A model generated the notes under the pieces. The model searched no databases and was not told the origin of the DNA. It saw only the letters and a program-made list of their open reading frames with translations. This document shows positions 49,551 through 58,555 of a DNA stretch of 64,000 nucleotides, in pieces (the stretch's first letter is position 1; each line of letters begins with the position of its first letter). The position numbers and the translations under genes are program-made. This DNA comes from an uncultured Armatimonadetes bacterium (GTDB lineage Bacteria > Armatimonadota > UBA5829 > DTJY01): positions 4,480,001 to 4,544,000 of the forward strand of contig OY970325.1 of NCBI GenBank assembly GCA_963717145.1. Reading direction: 5' to 3'.

Positions 49551-50284
49551 CAGAGCGGTCTCGAATACATCCACGGGTCGAGGACCGCCTCGCGGACCGG
49601 CTCGTCCTCCGACGGCTTGTGCGCCAGCTTCCTCCGCAGAAGCTCCTCGCGCATGGAGTCCGGCGCCTTCCACGACTCCGACGGGTACGTCCAATCATAC
49701 AGCACGATCAACGACAGCAATACCGGCCAGTTGTCGCCCAGTTTCTCCACCACGTAGCTCCAGTCGAGCCGGTCGCCGACACCTCGTATGATCTGAAACA
49801 CGTCCGGCCAGTCCGAGCGCTGGTGGTTCAGCGTGAACACCTTGGAGAGCACCAAGTCCTCAGCCGCCATGAAGCGCACCGGAATGCCGAGAAACGTCCC
49901 ATCCGATCCGCGCTCGAAGAACGAGCCGTTCAGGCTCACGACGTGGTTCGGCGGCTGCCAGATCACGTCCATCAGCGTGCCGTCCTTCATCGCATGGTAG
50001 ATCCACTCCCGGTCGCCTGCGGCCTGCTCGCCGAAGTCACGAAATCCGGCGTTCGAGAGCACCTCGACCGCGTTCGGCACGTATCCGCGCTCGATGTAGA
50101 CGTCGAGGTCATTGGTGAACCGCCAGACGCCGCTGTAGTGGTGCATCGCGAATGCGCCGCCTATCGCATATGGAAGGCCGGCTTCGTTCAGAGCGGTGAG
50201 CGCTTCGCGGAACACGCGCTTGCTCTCCTCAGGGATCGTCACCTGCGCGGGCAAAAGGCTCTGCTGGGTCCGCACCCTCGTCAT
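49550..50284 (-). CDS. Nucleotidyltransferase family protein
   Basis: PYAIGGAFAM..Y..VWRFTNDLDVY (GG..DxD), EDLVLSK. Confidence 0.85.
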   Translation of the reverse strand: MTRVRTQQSLLPAQVTIPEESKRVFREALTALNEAGLPYAIGGAFAMHHYSGVWRFTNDLDVYIERGYVPNAVEVLSNAGFRDFGEQAAGDREWIYHAMKDGTLMDVIWQPPNHVVSLNGSFFERGSDGTFLGIPVRFMAAEDLVLSKVFTLNHQRSDWPDVFQIIRGVGDRLDWSYVVEKLGDNWPVLLSLIVLYDWTYPSESWKAPDSMREELLRRKLAHKPSEDEPVREAVLDPWMYSRPL

Positions 50285-50293
50285 GCACTCAGG

Positions 50294-50321
50294 TTACCCG
50301 GCCCGCGAGTTGCGCGAAACC
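50294..50321 (-). promoter_or_regulatory. SigB/SigF-type promoter
   Basis: Minus strand GGTTT-N17-GGGTAA, 9 nt before the ATG (near-leaderless). Confidence 0.5.
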
Positions 50322-50384
50322 AGCACCCCGATCGCTTGCCCGCAGGAGTTTCCCCTTGAAAGCATGAACGATACAACAGATGGC

Positions 50385-50454
50385 GTAGGGGCGAAGCATT
50401 GGCTGCCGCGTACCTTTGAGTTTCGGATCCCGGCAGCCAATGCTTCGCCCCTAC
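50385..50454. repeat. GTAG-type REP doublet
   Basis: gtaggggcgaagcattggctgccg...cggcagccaatgcttcgcccctac. Confidence 0.9.
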
Positions 50455-50470
50455 AGGAGCGTAAACCACC

Positions 50471-53017
50471 ATGAAACTCATCCCTTTGATCTTTGCACTG
50501 ACCATATCCGCCGTCGCGGCCCAGGATCTATCGAACGGCCACTTCCAACTTCATGCGCAGAATGGCTGGTTCGACGTGATGCGGTTCGATCCGTCCGGTA
50601 AGGGCAAGTATGGCGACAATCTGATCAAGGCACTGTACATCGGCGAGAAGCCGGATGGGAATCGCCGACTGGAGTCGCCTCCCACATCAGAGGGGAACAG
50701 CCTGTCCTTCCGCGGCCTTCCGGTCCGAAGCCCATACACGGTCGAGCACACCGACAGCTCGCATCCCTTCCAACTCACCCCCGGCACGACTCTCGGCGCC
50801 AAGTTCACGGTCAAGTCCGGGAAGATCACCCGCGCGGGCGGCAAGTTCCCGACCTGGGGCGAGCCCGATTCCGCCTGCACGCTCTCGATCTACCGCCTCC
50901 CGGACGGCGACATGGCGAAGAAGGAACTGGTCGTCGCCCGCAAGCTCACCGGCATCGCGGACAACAGCATGCGGTCGATCGACTTCGATCCGCAGCCCGC
51001 CGGGGTGTTCTACCTCGAGATGTCCGGGCACACGGGCAAGACGATCGGATGGTGGGGCGCGCAGAAGGACATGGACCCCTCGATGACCGCCATCATCGAC
51101 GGCAAGGAGGAGCCGGGATCGGACCTCGCGCTCACGTACTCCGGCTTCGATGAGGTCACCGGCGACTGGACCGTCACGCTGAACGCCGGCAACCTCAAGA
51201 GCACATTCAGCGGCGGAAATGTGCCACTCGTGATCGTAACGCCCTGGGAGAAGGCCGGCTACGATCTCTCCAAGTTCCCGTTCAGCCGGTTCTACACCGA
51301 TACCGGCCGACACGTGATCCCGCAGCAGTGGAAGCGCAGGCCGTCGAACGGCATCCAGCACGGCAACTGGGTCTATGCCATGGGGAAGAAGAACTACGAT
51401 CTGCGGTTCAACCTCAACGGACAGCATCTCTCCTGGGAGTTCACCGACGACGAAGCGCGGTGGAAGTTCGACCTCTCGGCTCTCGACATCGACCTCCTCC
51501 CGCACACGGATGCGCTCCCCAACTACTATCCCGTCTTCTACTCGTCCGACAAGAAGACCACCGATGTGGTGAACGAGTTCTACTACAGCCATGGTCTCAA
51601 CTTCGGGGTCGGTACTCCGCCGGACTGGAAGGAATGGCAGGCGCTCATCCTCGACTGGACCGACAGCCCGCAGACCGTGGAGCAGCGCGGTCACTTCACC
51701 GGTGTCCAGATGCGCGACGACGGGTACGTCCGATCCTGGGGCGCGGACGACGGCTGGCCGTTCCCCTACAAGGACGAGGACAAGGACGGCAAGAACGACT
51801 ACGATACGCGCCACTTCACGACCAACTCATGCATCATCCTCGGCGCATACCGATACTTCGTCTGGAAGCGGGATGTCGATTTCCTCAAGGAGATGATGCC
51901 GAAACTCCGTCTGATGAACGAGTTCAACCTGAACGACCTTCACGGCAGGGACGGCATCATCGTGATCGACGCCAAGGGTCACGAGGGCAGGCACGACGGC
52001 ATCGGGAGCAACTACTGGGACATCCTGCCGTTCGGGTACAAGGACGCCTTCTGCAACTCCTACTACTATGCGTCGCTCAAGGCGATGGGCGACCTCGAGC
52101 AGTTCTGTATCGACCAGGGGCTCGATCTCCCCGGCGAGAAGCGGACTCCCGCGTTCTACACTAAGCTCCGCGACCGGGTCCGGCTCTCATACAATCGGAC
52201 GTTCTGGGATGACGCCAAGGGCCGATACGTCGGCTGCGTCGATATCGACGGCGTGAAGCACGACTACGGCTTCACCTTCGTGAACGTCGAGGCGATGGCC
52301 TACGACCTTGCGGACAAGGCGCAGGTCGAGCGGGTCTACAAGTGGATGGAGACCGAGCCGACCTCTACCGGCAAGCCCGACACCTACTCCGCCTGGATCT
52401 TCGCCCCCCGCGCGAACACGATCCACAACCCTCCCAGGGAGGGAAATCCGAAATCCGAAATCCGAAATCCGAAATCAGCGCCCCCCTGGTGGTTCTTCGG
52501 CTGGAGCGGCACTCCCTATGGCGATCAGTGCCAGGACGGAGGCGCGATCCTCTACACGTCCGGCTACGACATCATCGCCCGTGCGAAGTATCTCGGCGCG
52601 GACAATGCGTACAAGCGGCTGACCGAGATGCTTGGCCGATACAATATGCCCGACCGCCTGATGGGCGGCAACCCGCTCGTCACCGGCGAGAACTCGCAGG
52701 GTGGGGGAAACGGCGCGGGCTCGGTCGGAGTCGAGGGCGAGTTCCCCGAGAGCGGCCTCGCACCGGCGTCGTACCTCTACGCGTTCCTCGGCATCGACGC
52801 GGATATCACTGGGATGAGGATCAAGCCGAACCTCCCGTCGAACGTCAAGTATGCCGGCGTCCGAAACCTCTCCTACGCCGGCACGAGGTACGACATCAAG
52901 GTCACCAAGGACTCGGTCGAGATCACTCCGCTCACCGTCGTGAACCCGACCACCATCAAGCGCAAGCTCAAGCCCGGCGAGACATTCCTCCTCGCCCCGG
53001 GGATGGTGAACAGATGA
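50471..53017 (+). CDS. Secreted six-hairpin glycoside hydrolase-like protein
   Basis: Signal peptide; YRYFVWKRDVDFL, NYWD..PFG.KDAFCN.YYY, YNRTFWD..KGRY, QDGG; adjacent sugar ABC gene. Confidence 0.72.
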   Translation: MKLIPLIFALTISAVAAQDLSNGHFQLHAQNGWFDVMRFDPSGKGKYGDNLIKALYIGEKPDGNRRLESPPTSEGNSLSFRGLPVRSPYTVEHTDSSHPFQLTPGTTLGAKFTVKSGKITRAGGKFPTWGEPDSACTLSIYRLPDGDMAKKELVVARKLTGIADNSMRSIDFDPQPAGVFYLEMSGHTGKTIGWWGAQKDMDPSMTAIIDGKEEPGSDLALTYSGFDEVTGDWTVTLNAGNLKSTFSGGNVPLVIVTPWEKAGYDLSKFPFSRFYTDTGRHVIPQQWKRRPSNGIQHGNWVYAMGKKNYDLRFNLNGQHLSWEFTDDEARWKFDLSALDIDLLPHTDALPNYYPVFYSSDKKTTDVVNEFYYSHGLNFGVGTPPDWKEWQALILDWTDSPQTVEQRGHFTGVQMRDDGYVRSWGADDGWPFPYKDEDKDGKNDYDTRHFTTNSCIILGAYRYFVWKRDVDFLKEMMPKLRLMNEFNLNDLHGRDGIIVIDAKGHEGRHDGIGSNYWDILPFGYKDAFCNSYYYASLKAMGDLEQFCIDQGLDLPGEKRTPAFYTKLRDRVRLSYNRTFWDDAKGRYVGCVDIDGVKHDYGFTFVNVEAMAYDLADKAQVERVYKWMETEPTSTGKPDTYSAWIFAPRANTIHNPPREGNPKSEIRNPKSAPPWWFFGWSGTPYGDQCQDGGAILYTSGYDIIARAKYLGADNAYKRLTEMLGRYNMPDRLMGGNPLVTGENSQGGGNGAGSVGVEGEFPESGLAPASYLYAFLGIDADITGMRIKPNLPSNVKYAGVRNLSYAGTRYDIKVTKDSVEITPLTVVNPTTIKRKLKPGETFLLAPGMVNR
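52443..52476. repeat. (GAAATCC)n heptamer repeat in frame in the hydrolase
   Basis: Four full copies plus one partial; translated NPKSEIRNPKS. Confidence 0.88.
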
Positions 53018-54672
53018 GAACGAAGGCCGTCATTCTGAGCGCAGTGAAGAATCTGGCCCTGCCGAGACGCCAGATTCTTCACTGCGTTCAGAATGACAGC
53101 CTCCCACGCCGGTTCTCCTCCGGATCCTTGGCGGTCTTGGCGTCTTGGCGGTTCCATAGGCCCCAGGCGACTGAAGTCACGGCAACAAGTGCACGAAGTG
53201 TCCCTGCGGACACTGGAGATCCCAGTCCACGCAGGTGGACTTCGTGCATTTGTTGCCGTGACTTCAGTCGCCTGGTGCTCTGGCTCATCCTGACCACTCT
53301 CCTGCTCCCCGGCTGCTCCCACCCGCCTAAGGACACCCGCGTCCACCTGCGATTCAGCATCCTCGGCGTGAAGCAGGAGACCGAACTCGCCAACGCCCTC
53401 GTGAGGGGCTTCGAGGCAAGCCACCCGGGCATCAAGATCGATGTCGAACCGGTCGCCGGGATGGGCTACGACATCAAGCTCATCATGCAGTCCGCGTCCG
53501 GCACGCTCCCCGACGTGCTCTTCCTCGCCGACTCGCTCGTCCCGACGTTCACCAAGTACAACGTCGTCCGCGACCTGAACGAGTTCATCAAGGACGACCC
53601 CGAGTTCCCGATCGACGACATATATCCCCAGATGCTCGCCACCGGGATGGACAAGCAGGGGCGCATCTTCCAACTCCCCCGCGAGCTTGGCGTCGTCGTG
53701 ATGTTCTACAACCGCACGCTCTTCCGCAAGGCCGGGCTGCCCGACCCGCCGCCGGACTGGACCCACGAGGACTTCCTCCGCATGGCCCGGAAGCTCACGA
53801 TCTACGAGGGCGACCGGATGACCCCACCCCAGCCCTCCCCGCAACGGAGAGGGAGTCCACCGAGCAACCCCCTCTCCGTTGCGGGGAGGGCTGGGGTGGG
53901 GTCATCCGGTCGCATCATCCAATACGGGTTCACCGCCGGATACACGTGGTGCGGGGTCTATGCGCCGTGGGTCGCATCGGAGGGCGGACGAGTGGTGACC
54001 AAGGACGGGAAGTGGGCCGCGTTCAGCTCGCCGGAATCGATCAAGGGGCTGAAGAACCTCATCGAACTCGTCACCGTGGAGAAGGTCGCGCTTCCGCCGA
54101 ACCGGAGCATCACGATCCCCGGCGTCGATCCGTTCGCGGCGGGGAAGATCGCCATGCAGCCGCAGGTCTTCCCGCAGGTGCCGCTCTACCGGGCGACGAT
54201 GAAGGACTTCGACTGGGACGTTCAGGTGATGCCCCGTGGTTCGGTGAGGCACGTCACGAACATGGGCGCGGCGGGATACGGCATGTCGACGAACACGAAA
54301 CACCCGAAGGAGGCCTGGGAGTTCCTGAAGTACATCGTCAGCCGCGAGGGCCAGACGATCCTCGCCACGTCCGGCAGCGGCATCCCGTGCCTGAAGTCGA
54401 TGGCGAACGACCCGGTCTGGCGCAGGCCCAATTCCGCTCCCCCATCAACCATGAACCATCAACCATCAACCATTCTGAACTATGATGCCTTCATCGACTC
54501 GGTGCAGATCGGCATGGGCTGGGACGACTTCCTCATCCTCACCCGCCCCGAGGTCCAGGACGCGGTCAACCAGGCCTTCGAGAAGTCGTTCCTCGGCAAG
54601 GCCACCATCGAGTCCGCCTTCAAAGAAGCCGACGCGAAGATCAACAAGGTGCTGCGGGAGACGAGCGACTAG
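53014..54672 (+). CDS. Sugar ABC transporter substrate-binding lipoprotein carrying five in-frame repeat inserts
   Basis: ATGA overlap with upstream stop; lipobox LLPGC; FEASHPGIKI, PDVLF, MFYNRTLFRKAGL, FAAGKIAM, EAWEFLKY. Confidence 0.9.
   Translation: MRTKAVILSAVKNLALPRRQILHCVQNDSLPRRFSSGSLAVLASWRFHRPQATEVTATSARSVPADTGDPSPRRWTSCICCRDFSRLVLWLILTTLLLPGCSHPPKDTRVHLRFSILGVKQETELANALVRGFEASHPGIKIDVEPVAGMGYDIKLIMQSASGTLPDVLFLADSLVPTFTKYNVVRDLNEFIKDDPEFPIDDIYPQMLATGMDKQGRIFQLPRELGVVVMFYNRTLFRKAGLPDPPPDWTHEDFLRMARKLTIYEGDRMTPPQPSPQRRGSPPSNPLSVAGRAGVGSSGRIIQYGFTAGYTWCGVYAPWVASEGGRVVTKDGKWAAFSSPESIKGLKNLIELVTVEKVALPPNRSITIPGVDPFAAGKIAMQPQVFPQVPLYRATMKDFDWDVQVMPRGSVRHVTNMGAAGYGMSTNTKHPKEAWEFLKYIVSREGQTILATSGSGIPCLKSMANDPVWRRPNSAPPSTMNHQPSTILNYDAFIDSVQIGMGWDDFLILTRPEVQDAVNQAFEKSFLGKATIESAFKEADAKINKVLRETSD
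53029..53275. repeat. Three stacked repeat elements in frame at the SBP N-terminus
   Basis: GTCATTCTGAGC palindrome 53029-53097; CTTGGCG repeat 53127-53155; ccaggcgactgaagtc...gacttcagtcgcctgg palindrome 53163-53275. Confidence 0.9.
53810..53913. repeat. CCCTCCCC..GGGGAGGG palindrome in frame in the SBP
   Basis: About 45-bp inverted arms; translated MTPPQPSPQRRGSPPSNPLSVAGRAGVGSS. Confidence 0.9.
54442..54473. repeat. (CCATCAA)n repeat in frame in the SBP
   Basis: ccatcaaccatgaaccatcaaccatcaaccat, translated PSTMNHQPSTI; same unit as 48360-48381. Confidence 0.85.
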
Positions 54673-54675
54673 CTC

Positions 54676-55515
54676 TCACAGAATGATCAGATCAGAGGGT
54701 CTTCTGGGGCGCACGATCGGCTTCAGTCCGTCCGATACAAGCTCGACTGAGCTGATGCCGGTTACGACTGCCCAGCCTGGCTCCGGAATCGTATCGAGTT
54801 TCGAGGTATCGATTCTCAGCTCGTCGCCGACTGCACATGAGCCGTCGTTCAGAAGCACAAACGTCTTACCGCCCTCAATGCGAGTGCCCACAATCCGACC
54901 GAAGATTCGCACGAGAAGTCCGACGTTGTTCGTTCCCCAGGCGCTGACCCCGGCTTGACCTGGAGTGTCGGTCCCACCGACCGACTTACACTGCATGCCG
55001 AGCGGCTGAAGCATTACTGATGAAGGAGTGGCGAAGACTGCCGATCCCACGAGTCGTCGCTCGCCGTTCTCAGTCGCAAGCGTGCCGAGAACAGCGACCA
55101 AGTCCCCTTCGCCGACCGCCGGGATCTGGCCAGAACCGTGGTAGAACTGGATGCCTGAGGCGCGGTCTCCCTGCTCGATATAGATGCGGTCGTCGAAATC
55201 GCTGGGAGAGAGAGAGGTTGCATACATTGCAGGCATGTACACGTACGTCCCATCGCTAAGCCCTCTGAGCGCCGAAATCGAAGTAACCGAACCCGGCGTG
55301 CCGTACCAAAAGCCGATATAGTGCAGCCGGGCACTAGGGGGAGGGGCTGCAACCAGTCCGGCAACGGGCTGACCAACCGTTCCAACGATGGTGTGAGCGG
55401 CTGAGCTACTTGCCCCGCCCCCGGAGTTGACCGAGTACCAGTCTATCCTTGATGCATGACATCGCCCAGACATATTGATGACAAGAATCAGACATGCTAC
55501 CACTCGCCAGGCCAT
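54676..55515 (-). CDS. Secreted hypothetical protein with an Armatimonadota-type C-terminal OB-like domain
   Basis: Signal peptide; IDWYSVNSGGG..GTVGQP..GFW module; YIEQGDRASGI, GDLVAVLGTLATENGER, PLGM, NNVGLLVRIFG. Confidence 0.7.
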   Translation of the reverse strand: MAWRVVACLILVINMSGRCHASRIDWYSVNSGGGASSSAAHTIVGTVGQPVAGLVAAPPPSARLHYIGFWYGTPGSVTSISALRGLSDGTYVYMPAMYATSLSPSDFDDRIYIEQGDRASGIQFYHGSGQIPAVGEGDLVAVLGTLATENGERRLVGSAVFATPSSVMLQPLGMQCKSVGGTDTPGQAGVSAWGTNNVGLLVRIFGRIVGTRIEGGKTFVLLNDGSCAVGDELRIDTSKLDTIPEPGWAVVTGISSVELVSDGLKPIVRPRRPSDLIIL

Positions 55516-55562
55516 AGCAACCTCCGCAGTTGTGTCGCAGTTCAGGGTTATGCAACACGCCA

Positions 55563-55590
55563 AGTATACCACAGTTCACAGGCCTGTCAA
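55563..55590 (-). promoter_or_regulatory. Sigma70 promoter (leftward)
   Basis: TTGACA-N16-TATACT with TG extended -10. Confidence 0.75.
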
Positions 55591-55620
55591 CCTATCACAT
55601 GTCTGCCAGCCACAAAAAGA

Positions 55621-55649
55621 TTGACAATTTGGTCAGGATAGCCTACAAT
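55621..55649 (+). promoter_or_regulatory. Sigma70 promoter (rightward)
   Basis: TTGACA-N17-TACAAT. Confidence 0.8.
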
Positions 55650-55727
55650 AGGGGCTAGTCACCCGCCGCTTTCTCCCAGGGCAGGGCTGATCTCTTCGGT
55701 ACACCGCCGAGATTCAAGGAGGTCGTT

Positions 55728-57419
55728 GTGAAAGCAAAGTGGATGTCTCTTGCCTGTCTGGTCTGCCTGATCCTCGCCGTCGCTTGTTCTGCATTCGGTC
55801 AGGTTCCCCGCACCGTTTCCTACCAGGGCCGACTGACGAACGACACCGGCACTCCCCTCGATGGCACGTATTCCATCACCTTCAGCCTCTATGATGTTGC
55901 CACCGGAGGCACGGCCCTGTGGTCGGAGACAAAGGACATTGCTGTCTCCCAGGGGCTGTTCTCAACGGCTCTTGGAGACACTGCGCCTTTTGGGAACTCG
56001 GTGAAGTTTGACAATCAGTACTTCCTTGGAGTAAAGGTCGGCGATAGTTCGGAGATGACTCCCCGCCAGGCACTCCAGAGCGCACCGTATGCGCTTGCCC
56101 TTCCATACATTACAGCCATAGATGGCAACGTAGGAATACTGACCACGAACCCGCGACAGACGCTTGATGTAAGCGGCAGGTGCATCGCCAACGGGTTCTC
56201 CTTGAGATATGACGACCCTGGGATTCAGACAAGCTTCCTACTCTCCGCAATGCCCCCGAACTTGTCCGGCTCCACAGACGGCTGGAGGATACTTGGGAGG
56301 CCTTCGTATGACGGCGGTTCAGGAGGACGGCCGGATGTCACCCTCCTCCAGTGGTCAAATATCTATCCTACTGACACCGGCAGCCTTCTGCTCATGCCAC
56401 AAGGCGGTGGTGTCGGTATCGCTACAAGCCAGCCACGTGCCACTTTGGATGTCGGCGGCTCGTGCATCGCCGCCAACTATCAGCTGAGGTACGGTGATCC
56501 AGGGATTAGCACCGGCTTTGTCCTCGATGGATTGCCAGGGAACATATCCGGAGCAACCAATGGTTGGCGCATCAGTGGTCGTCCATCCTATCCCAGTGGC
56601 TCTGGCGACGGACCGGATGTGACATTGCTTCAGTGGGATAACGCATACCCCACGAACCATGGCAGTCTGCTCATTATGCCAGGAGGAGGAAACGTAGGAG
56701 TAGGCACGATCACGCCGTCAGCGAAGTTGTCCGTTGCCGGTGGGGACATTCGCCTGGATAGCGGCTTTAAGCTTTCCTTTGGCGGGTGGACAAATGGTAC
56801 GCAGGTGTGGGATGACACCAATGTCAACAGGACCGCCATCTGTGCACGGGCCAACCGCTTAGATATTGTGTCTCAGGACAACAGCGGTCAGATGGTTTCA
56901 TTCACGCCGGGAGAGATTCGCGCTCAGGTAGGTGACAAGCTTTCCTTCGGCGGCTGGACGCATGGCACGCAGGTCTGGGACGACACGACTGAGGGTAGGA
57001 CTGCGATATGTGCACGGGCCAACCGACTCGATGTAGTGAATCAAGATAACGGCGCTCAGATCGCCTCCTTCACCCCTGGGAACCTATCCGTAGGGTCCCT
57101 CACCCTCACTTCCTCCAAGCGATTCAAGGAGGATGTGCAGCCCATTGAGAGCCCGCTTGATCTAGTCAGCAAGCTTCAGGGCGTCAGTTACAACTGGGAC
57201 GAGGAGCACGGCGGGAAGCGTGACATGGGATTCATCGCCGAGGACGTGGCAAAGGTCCTGCCGGAGCTGGTCACCATGGAAGCAGACGGCAAGAACGCAG
57301 TTGGCATGGACTACACCCACCTCATTGCCCTCGCCATCGAAGGCATCAAGGCGCAGCAAGAGGAGATCGAGGCGCTGAAGGCACGCATTAAGACCTTGGA
57401 GCAGGCAGCGGCCAAGTAG
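55728..57419 (+). CDS. Secreted tail-fibre-like protein with C-terminal peptidase S74 chaperone domain (paralog 1)
   Basis: Signal peptide; VPRTVSYQGRL N-domain; GNVGI.T..P repeats; TSSKRFKEDV, GFIAEDV..VLPELV, coiled-coil end. Confidence 0.88.
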   Translation: MKAKWMSLACLVCLILAVACSAFGQVPRTVSYQGRLTNDTGTPLDGTYSITFSLYDVATGGTALWSETKDIAVSQGLFSTALGDTAPFGNSVKFDNQYFLGVKVGDSSEMTPRQALQSAPYALALPYITAIDGNVGILTTNPRQTLDVSGRCIANGFSLRYDDPGIQTSFLLSAMPPNLSGSTDGWRILGRPSYDGGSGGRPDVTLLQWSNIYPTDTGSLLLMPQGGGVGIATSQPRATLDVGGSCIAANYQLRYGDPGISTGFVLDGLPGNISGATNGWRISGRPSYPSGSGDGPDVTLLQWDNAYPTNHGSLLIMPGGGNVGVGTITPSAKLSVAGGDIRLDSGFKLSFGGWTNGTQVWDDTNVNRTAICARANRLDIVSQDNSGQMVSFTPGEIRAQVGDKLSFGGWTHGTQVWDDTTEGRTAICARANRLDVVNQDNGAQIASFTPGNLSVGSLTLTSSKRFKEDVQPIESPLDLVSKLQGVSYNWDEEHGGKRDMGFIAEDVAKVLPELVTMEADGKNAVGMDYTHLIALAIEGIKAQQEEIEALKARIKTLEQAAAK

Positions 57420-57452
57420 GTGGACGATATGATGAAAAGGAGGAACACAAGC

Positions 57453-58522
57453 ATGTTACGAAAAGCGATACATCTCATAGGGATCGTTCTCCTGCTGACC
57501 CTGCTGGCGTCCAGTTTGTCGGCACAAGTGCCGAGGACGATCTCCTACCAGGGCCGTCTGACGAACGACACCGGCACTCCACTGAACGCCACGTATTCCA
57601 TCACCTTCAGCCTCTACGATGTTGCCACCGGAGGCACGGCGCTGTGGTCTGAGACAAAGGATGTTGCTGTCTCCCAAGGGCTACTATCAACCGCTCTTGG
57701 AGACACCGCGCCTTTCGGAGACACGATCGCTTTCGACCGGCCATACTTCCTTGGGCTCAAGTTGGGATCCGGGGACGAGATGACTCCACGCCAGCCGTTT
57801 CAGAGTGCACCGTATGCATTGGCATTGCCGGGGGTAACCGTGGACGCCGATGGCAATGTCATATTCACTGGCAGCACTCCAAAGCATATCATCTGCGATG
57901 GCGGGAGTGTAGGGATCGGTACAACAGCCCCTCAGTCGCGATTGCACGTAGCAGGTGGCGATGTCAAAGTGCAGAATGGTGGCAATAATGCTGGAGAAGG
58001 GGGAGCCGTATTTCTCTGCGCCAATCCCGGCTATGCGCCAGGCGCAGGCATGCAGTTCGGCTTGGAGTTTGCGGGCGACGGCGTCGATTCTGGATTCTTG
58101 CGATTTCTTACAAGGTCATCACATACTTCGCCGCTGGTCGAGCGCGTGCGCATAACAAGCGGAGGCGATGTTGTAATCGGCAATGCCGTCTCCTGTGGGA
58201 CACTCACCCTCACTTCCTCCCGGCGCTTCAAGGATGATGTTAAGCCCATCGGGAACCCCTCGATACCATCAGCAAGCTCCAGGGTGTGAGCTACAACTGG
58301 GACGAGAAGCATGGCGGTAAGCCAGACATGGGATTCATTGCTGAGGACGTGGCGAAGGTGCTCCCGGAACTGGTGACCATGGAAGCAGACGGCAAGAACG
58401 CCGTCGGCATGGACTACACCCACCTCATGGCCCTCGCCATCGAAGGCATCAAGGCCCAGCAAGAGGAGATCACGGCGCTCAAGGCTCGCATCAACGTCCT
58501 TGAGCAGGCAGCGGCTAAGTAG
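57453..58522 (+). CDS. Secreted S74 fibre protein (paralog 2); 1-nt frameshift near 58258
   Basis: Same architecture; aacccctcgatacc has 4 C where paralog 3 has 5 C (59801). Confidence 0.85.
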
Positions 58523-58555
58523 GTGGGTGTTATGATCAAAAGGAGAAACATAAGC

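Noticed and set aside
52342-53013. N-terminal extension of the 776-aa ORF
   Set aside because: Overlaps the hydrolase gene out of frame; the plausible start is the ATGA overlap at 53014.
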